DNA of 64,000 nt from NCBI GenBank assembly GCA_013239625.1, contig MU056050.1:6403715-6467714 (forward strand). Reading direction: 5' to 3'. Origin of the DNA: Lama guanicoe (lineage: Eukaryota). The translations under genes were made by a program, and so were the position numbers. Shown here one piece after another: positions 61,101 through 64,000 of this stretch; position 1 is the stretch's first letter; each line of letters opens with the position of its first letter. The notes beneath the pieces are model-generated. The model was not told the origin of the DNA and did no database searches. It was given only the letters and a program-made list of their open reading frames with translations.

Positions 61101-64000
61101 GTAGAATCTGTAGCTATATCACCTCTGTCATTCCTCATATTGGTAATTTGTGTCTTCTTTCTTCTTTTCCTGATCAGTCTGGCTAGAGAATAAAGAATTT
61201 TATTGATCTTCTCAAAGAACCAACTTTCAGTTTCTCTATTGTTTCTTTCTTTTCTGTTTCCTTGATTTCTGCTCTGATCTTTATTATTTCCTTTCTTTCA
61301 CTTACTTTGGGTTTAATTTGTTCATATTTCTCTATTTTCTTATGACGGAAGCTGAAAATCATTAATTGAGACCTTTGTTCTTTTCTAAGATAAGGCATTT
61401 AGTGGCACCCCACAAATTCTGCTATGTTATGTTTTCATTTTTATCCATTTTAAAACACTTTCTGAATTTCCTTTTGATTCCTTCTTTGCCTCGTGGATTA
61501 TTTAGAAGTGTGTGATTTAGTTTTCAGATATTTGGGAAATTTTCAAAGATCTTTCTGTTACAGGTCTCTAATTAAAATTCACTGTAGTCAGAGGATGTGC
61601 TTTGTATAACTTGGATTCTTTTAATTTTTTCAAGACTTGTTTTATGGTCCAGAATATGATCTATCCATCTTGGTAAATGTGCTGTATGCTCTTGAAAAGA
61701 ATATGTATTTTGCTGTTGCCGGATGGAATGTTCTGTAAATGTCAATTAGATCAAGTTGGGTGATAGTGCTCTTCTTATCTTCTATATCCTTGCTGCTAAT
61801 TTTCTGCCTACTTATTCTATCTCCTAATTATTGAAAGGTGAGAGTTGAAATCTCCAACAATAATCGTCGACTCTTCTGTTTCCACTTGTAGTCCTGTCAG
61901 CTTTTGCTTCATGTATTTTGAAGGTCTGTTATTAGGTGCAGAAACGTTTAGGATTGTTTTGTCCTCTTGATTGACCCCTTTATCGCTATGAAATGAACTT
62001 CTTTATCTCTGATAATAACTTTTGCTTAATATCTACTTATTTAATATTGCTGTTCCAATTTCTTGTGATTAGTGTTAGCATGGTATATCTTTTTTCCATA
62101 CTTTTACTTTTTAACCTATTTTCAACTTTATAGTTAAAATGCTTTACAGATAGTCCCTGACTGGTTCAGCTTATGATTTCTTGATTTTACAATGGTGTAG
62201 AGTGATACATACACATTCAGTAGAAACCATACTTCAAATTTGGAATTTTGATTTTTTCCTAGGCTAGCAGTATATGCAGTATATCCTATGCTGGATGGAA
62301 CAGTGAGCTAGAGCTCCAAGTCAGCCATGTGATCCTTAGGGTAAACATATACTTAGAACCATTCTGTACCCAGACAGCCATCCTTTTTGTCAGTTTCAGT
62401 ACAGTAGTCAATGAATTACATGAGATATTTAACATTTTATTATAAAATAGGCTTTGTGTTAGATGATTTTGCCCAACTGTAGACCAATGTAAGTGTTCTG
62501 AGCATGTTTGAGGTAAGCTAGTCTAAGTCATGGTGTTCAGTAGGTTAGGTGTATTAAATGCATTTTCACCTTACATTATTTTCAGCTTACCAGTGGTTTA
62601 CTGGGACATAACCCCAACGTAAGTAGAGGAAGATCTGTACTTGTAGGCAGCATATAATTGGTTCTCACTTTTATTTCCAGTCTGACAATTTCTGCCTTTT
62701 ATTTGGGTATTTAAACCATTTACATTTCATTTGATTATTTATATAGTTACGTTTAAATCTATCATTTTTTAATCTGCTTTCTATTTGTCCCATCTGTTCT
62801 TTGTTTCCTTTTTTCTGGCTTCTTTGGGACTAATTAAATATTTTTATGGTTCCTTTTTATCTCATTTATTTGTTTATCAGCTATGACTTTGTTTTGTTAT
62901 TTTAGTGATTACTTTTAGGTATATAGTAAACATCTTTAATTTATCACACTTTATCTTCGAGTGGTATATACCACATAACCTATACTATAAAAACATATTT
63001 ACAATATGTTTCTCCCCTCCCAGCCTTTGTGCTACTGTTGTCATACATTTTACATTTATGTATGTTATAAATCTCACACCACATTTATTATTATTATTAT
63101 TACTGCTTTAGCAATCCACTATCTAAGATATTTAAATAATTTTAAAGTATTATATATTTACCTGTGTAGTTACTATTTCTTCCTTCCTTTGTGTAGATCC
63201 ATATTTTCATCTGTTATCATTTTCCTTCCACTTCTTGTATTATGTGTCTGCTGGTAATGAAGTCATTCAACTTTTGTATGACTGAAATGTCTTTGTTTGG
63301 CCTTCCTTTTTGAAAGATATTTTTGCCAGATATGGAATCCCTGGTTGATAGTTTTTTTTCTTTCAGTTTTTAAAAGATTTTGCTCCATAGTCTTCTCATT
63401 TGTGTTGTTTACAATAAGAAATCTTATCTTTCTTTCTCTGTACATAAGATGCCCTTTCTCTCTGGCTGCTGTTGAGATGTTCTCTTTATCACTGATTCTG
63501 AGAAATTTGATTATAATACGCCCTGGTGTCATTTTCTTCATATGTCTTGTACTTGGAGTAGTTGGAGTATGCTGAGTTCCTTGGATCTCTGGGTTTGTAA
63601 TTTTCATCAAATTTGGAAAAATTTTGGCCATTATTTCTTCAAACATTTTTTCTGTTTCTACCTGTCTATTTTTCTCCCTCAGGGACTCCATCTATATTTA
63701 GATCAGGACACTTGAATTTTTCCTATAGCTCACTGATGTTCTGTTCATTTTTTTCATTCTTCTTTTCTGTATGTGTTTTATTTTGAATCCTTTCTATTGC
63801 TTTGTGTTCAAGTTCACTAGTTTTTTCTACTGCCGTGTCTAGTCTGCCATCAATCCCATGCAATGTATTTTTCACCTCACGTGTTGTAGTTTTCACCCCT
63901 ACAAGTTTGATTTGGGTATTTAAAAAATATCTTCCATGTCTCTACTTAACTTTTTCAATGTCTGAAGTACAGTTATAATAACTATTTTAGTGCCCATTTA
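58190..64000 (-). mobile_element. Large block of degraded/nested old L1 (L1M-type) including ORF2 and ORF1 remnants
   Basis: AT-rich antisense L1. ORF 63263-63691(-) resembles L1 ORF1p (FEEIMAKIFPNLMK...PGRIIIKFL...KENI..AAREK). ORF 61183-61398(-) resembles ORF2p (KPKVSERKEIIKIRAEI). Both are fragmented. Confidence 0.9.
62147..62637. mobile_element. Tigger5/MER47-like TcMar DNA transposon inserted in L1
   Basis: TA|cagatagtccctgact...aaataggctttgtgttagatgattttgcccaactgtag...gtaagtagaggaagatctg|TA; TA target-site duplication and terminal inverted repeats. Confidence 0.85.

Noticed and set aside
63263..63691. 142-aa ORF similar to L1 ORF1p as a possible domesticated gene
   Set aside because: Partial, embedded in a heavily decayed L1 interrupted by a Tigger element, with no sign of a promoter or preserved full frame.

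Overview
Mammalian genomic DNA, most likely a camelid (three copies of a tRNA-derived SINE of the camelid Vic-1 type, plus artiodactyl-type L1 3' ends). The only protein-coding gene I can support is apelin (APLN) on the minus strand. It has a CpG-island promoter and exon 1 at ~46.9-47.4 kb (the ATG falls in an N-gap), coding exon 2 at 40859-41030, and an entirely untranslated ~2.5 kb exon 3 (40210 to ~37695). By eutherian synteny this should be the X-linked OCRL-APLN-XPNPEP2 interval, but neither neighbour is visible here. The rest is intergenic DNA with many ancient repeats (L1, L2, MIR, MLT1, MER3/33/53/58, Tigger5/MER47). Nearly all other ORFs in the track look like chance frames. I did not find a convincing new gene or system. 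The best leads are non-coding: a dense cluster of RFX X-boxes ~7 kb downstream of APLN, strong CTCF motifs (one with the upstream ZF9-11 module), a CUG repeat and tandem poly(A) signals in the APLN 3'UTR, a 'tailless' U2 snRNA retrocopy with a perfect target-site duplication, a ~155 bp purine-pyrimidine alternating tract, and two apelin coding differences (one probably a sequencing artefact). Repeat boundaries and subfamily names are by eye and approximate.
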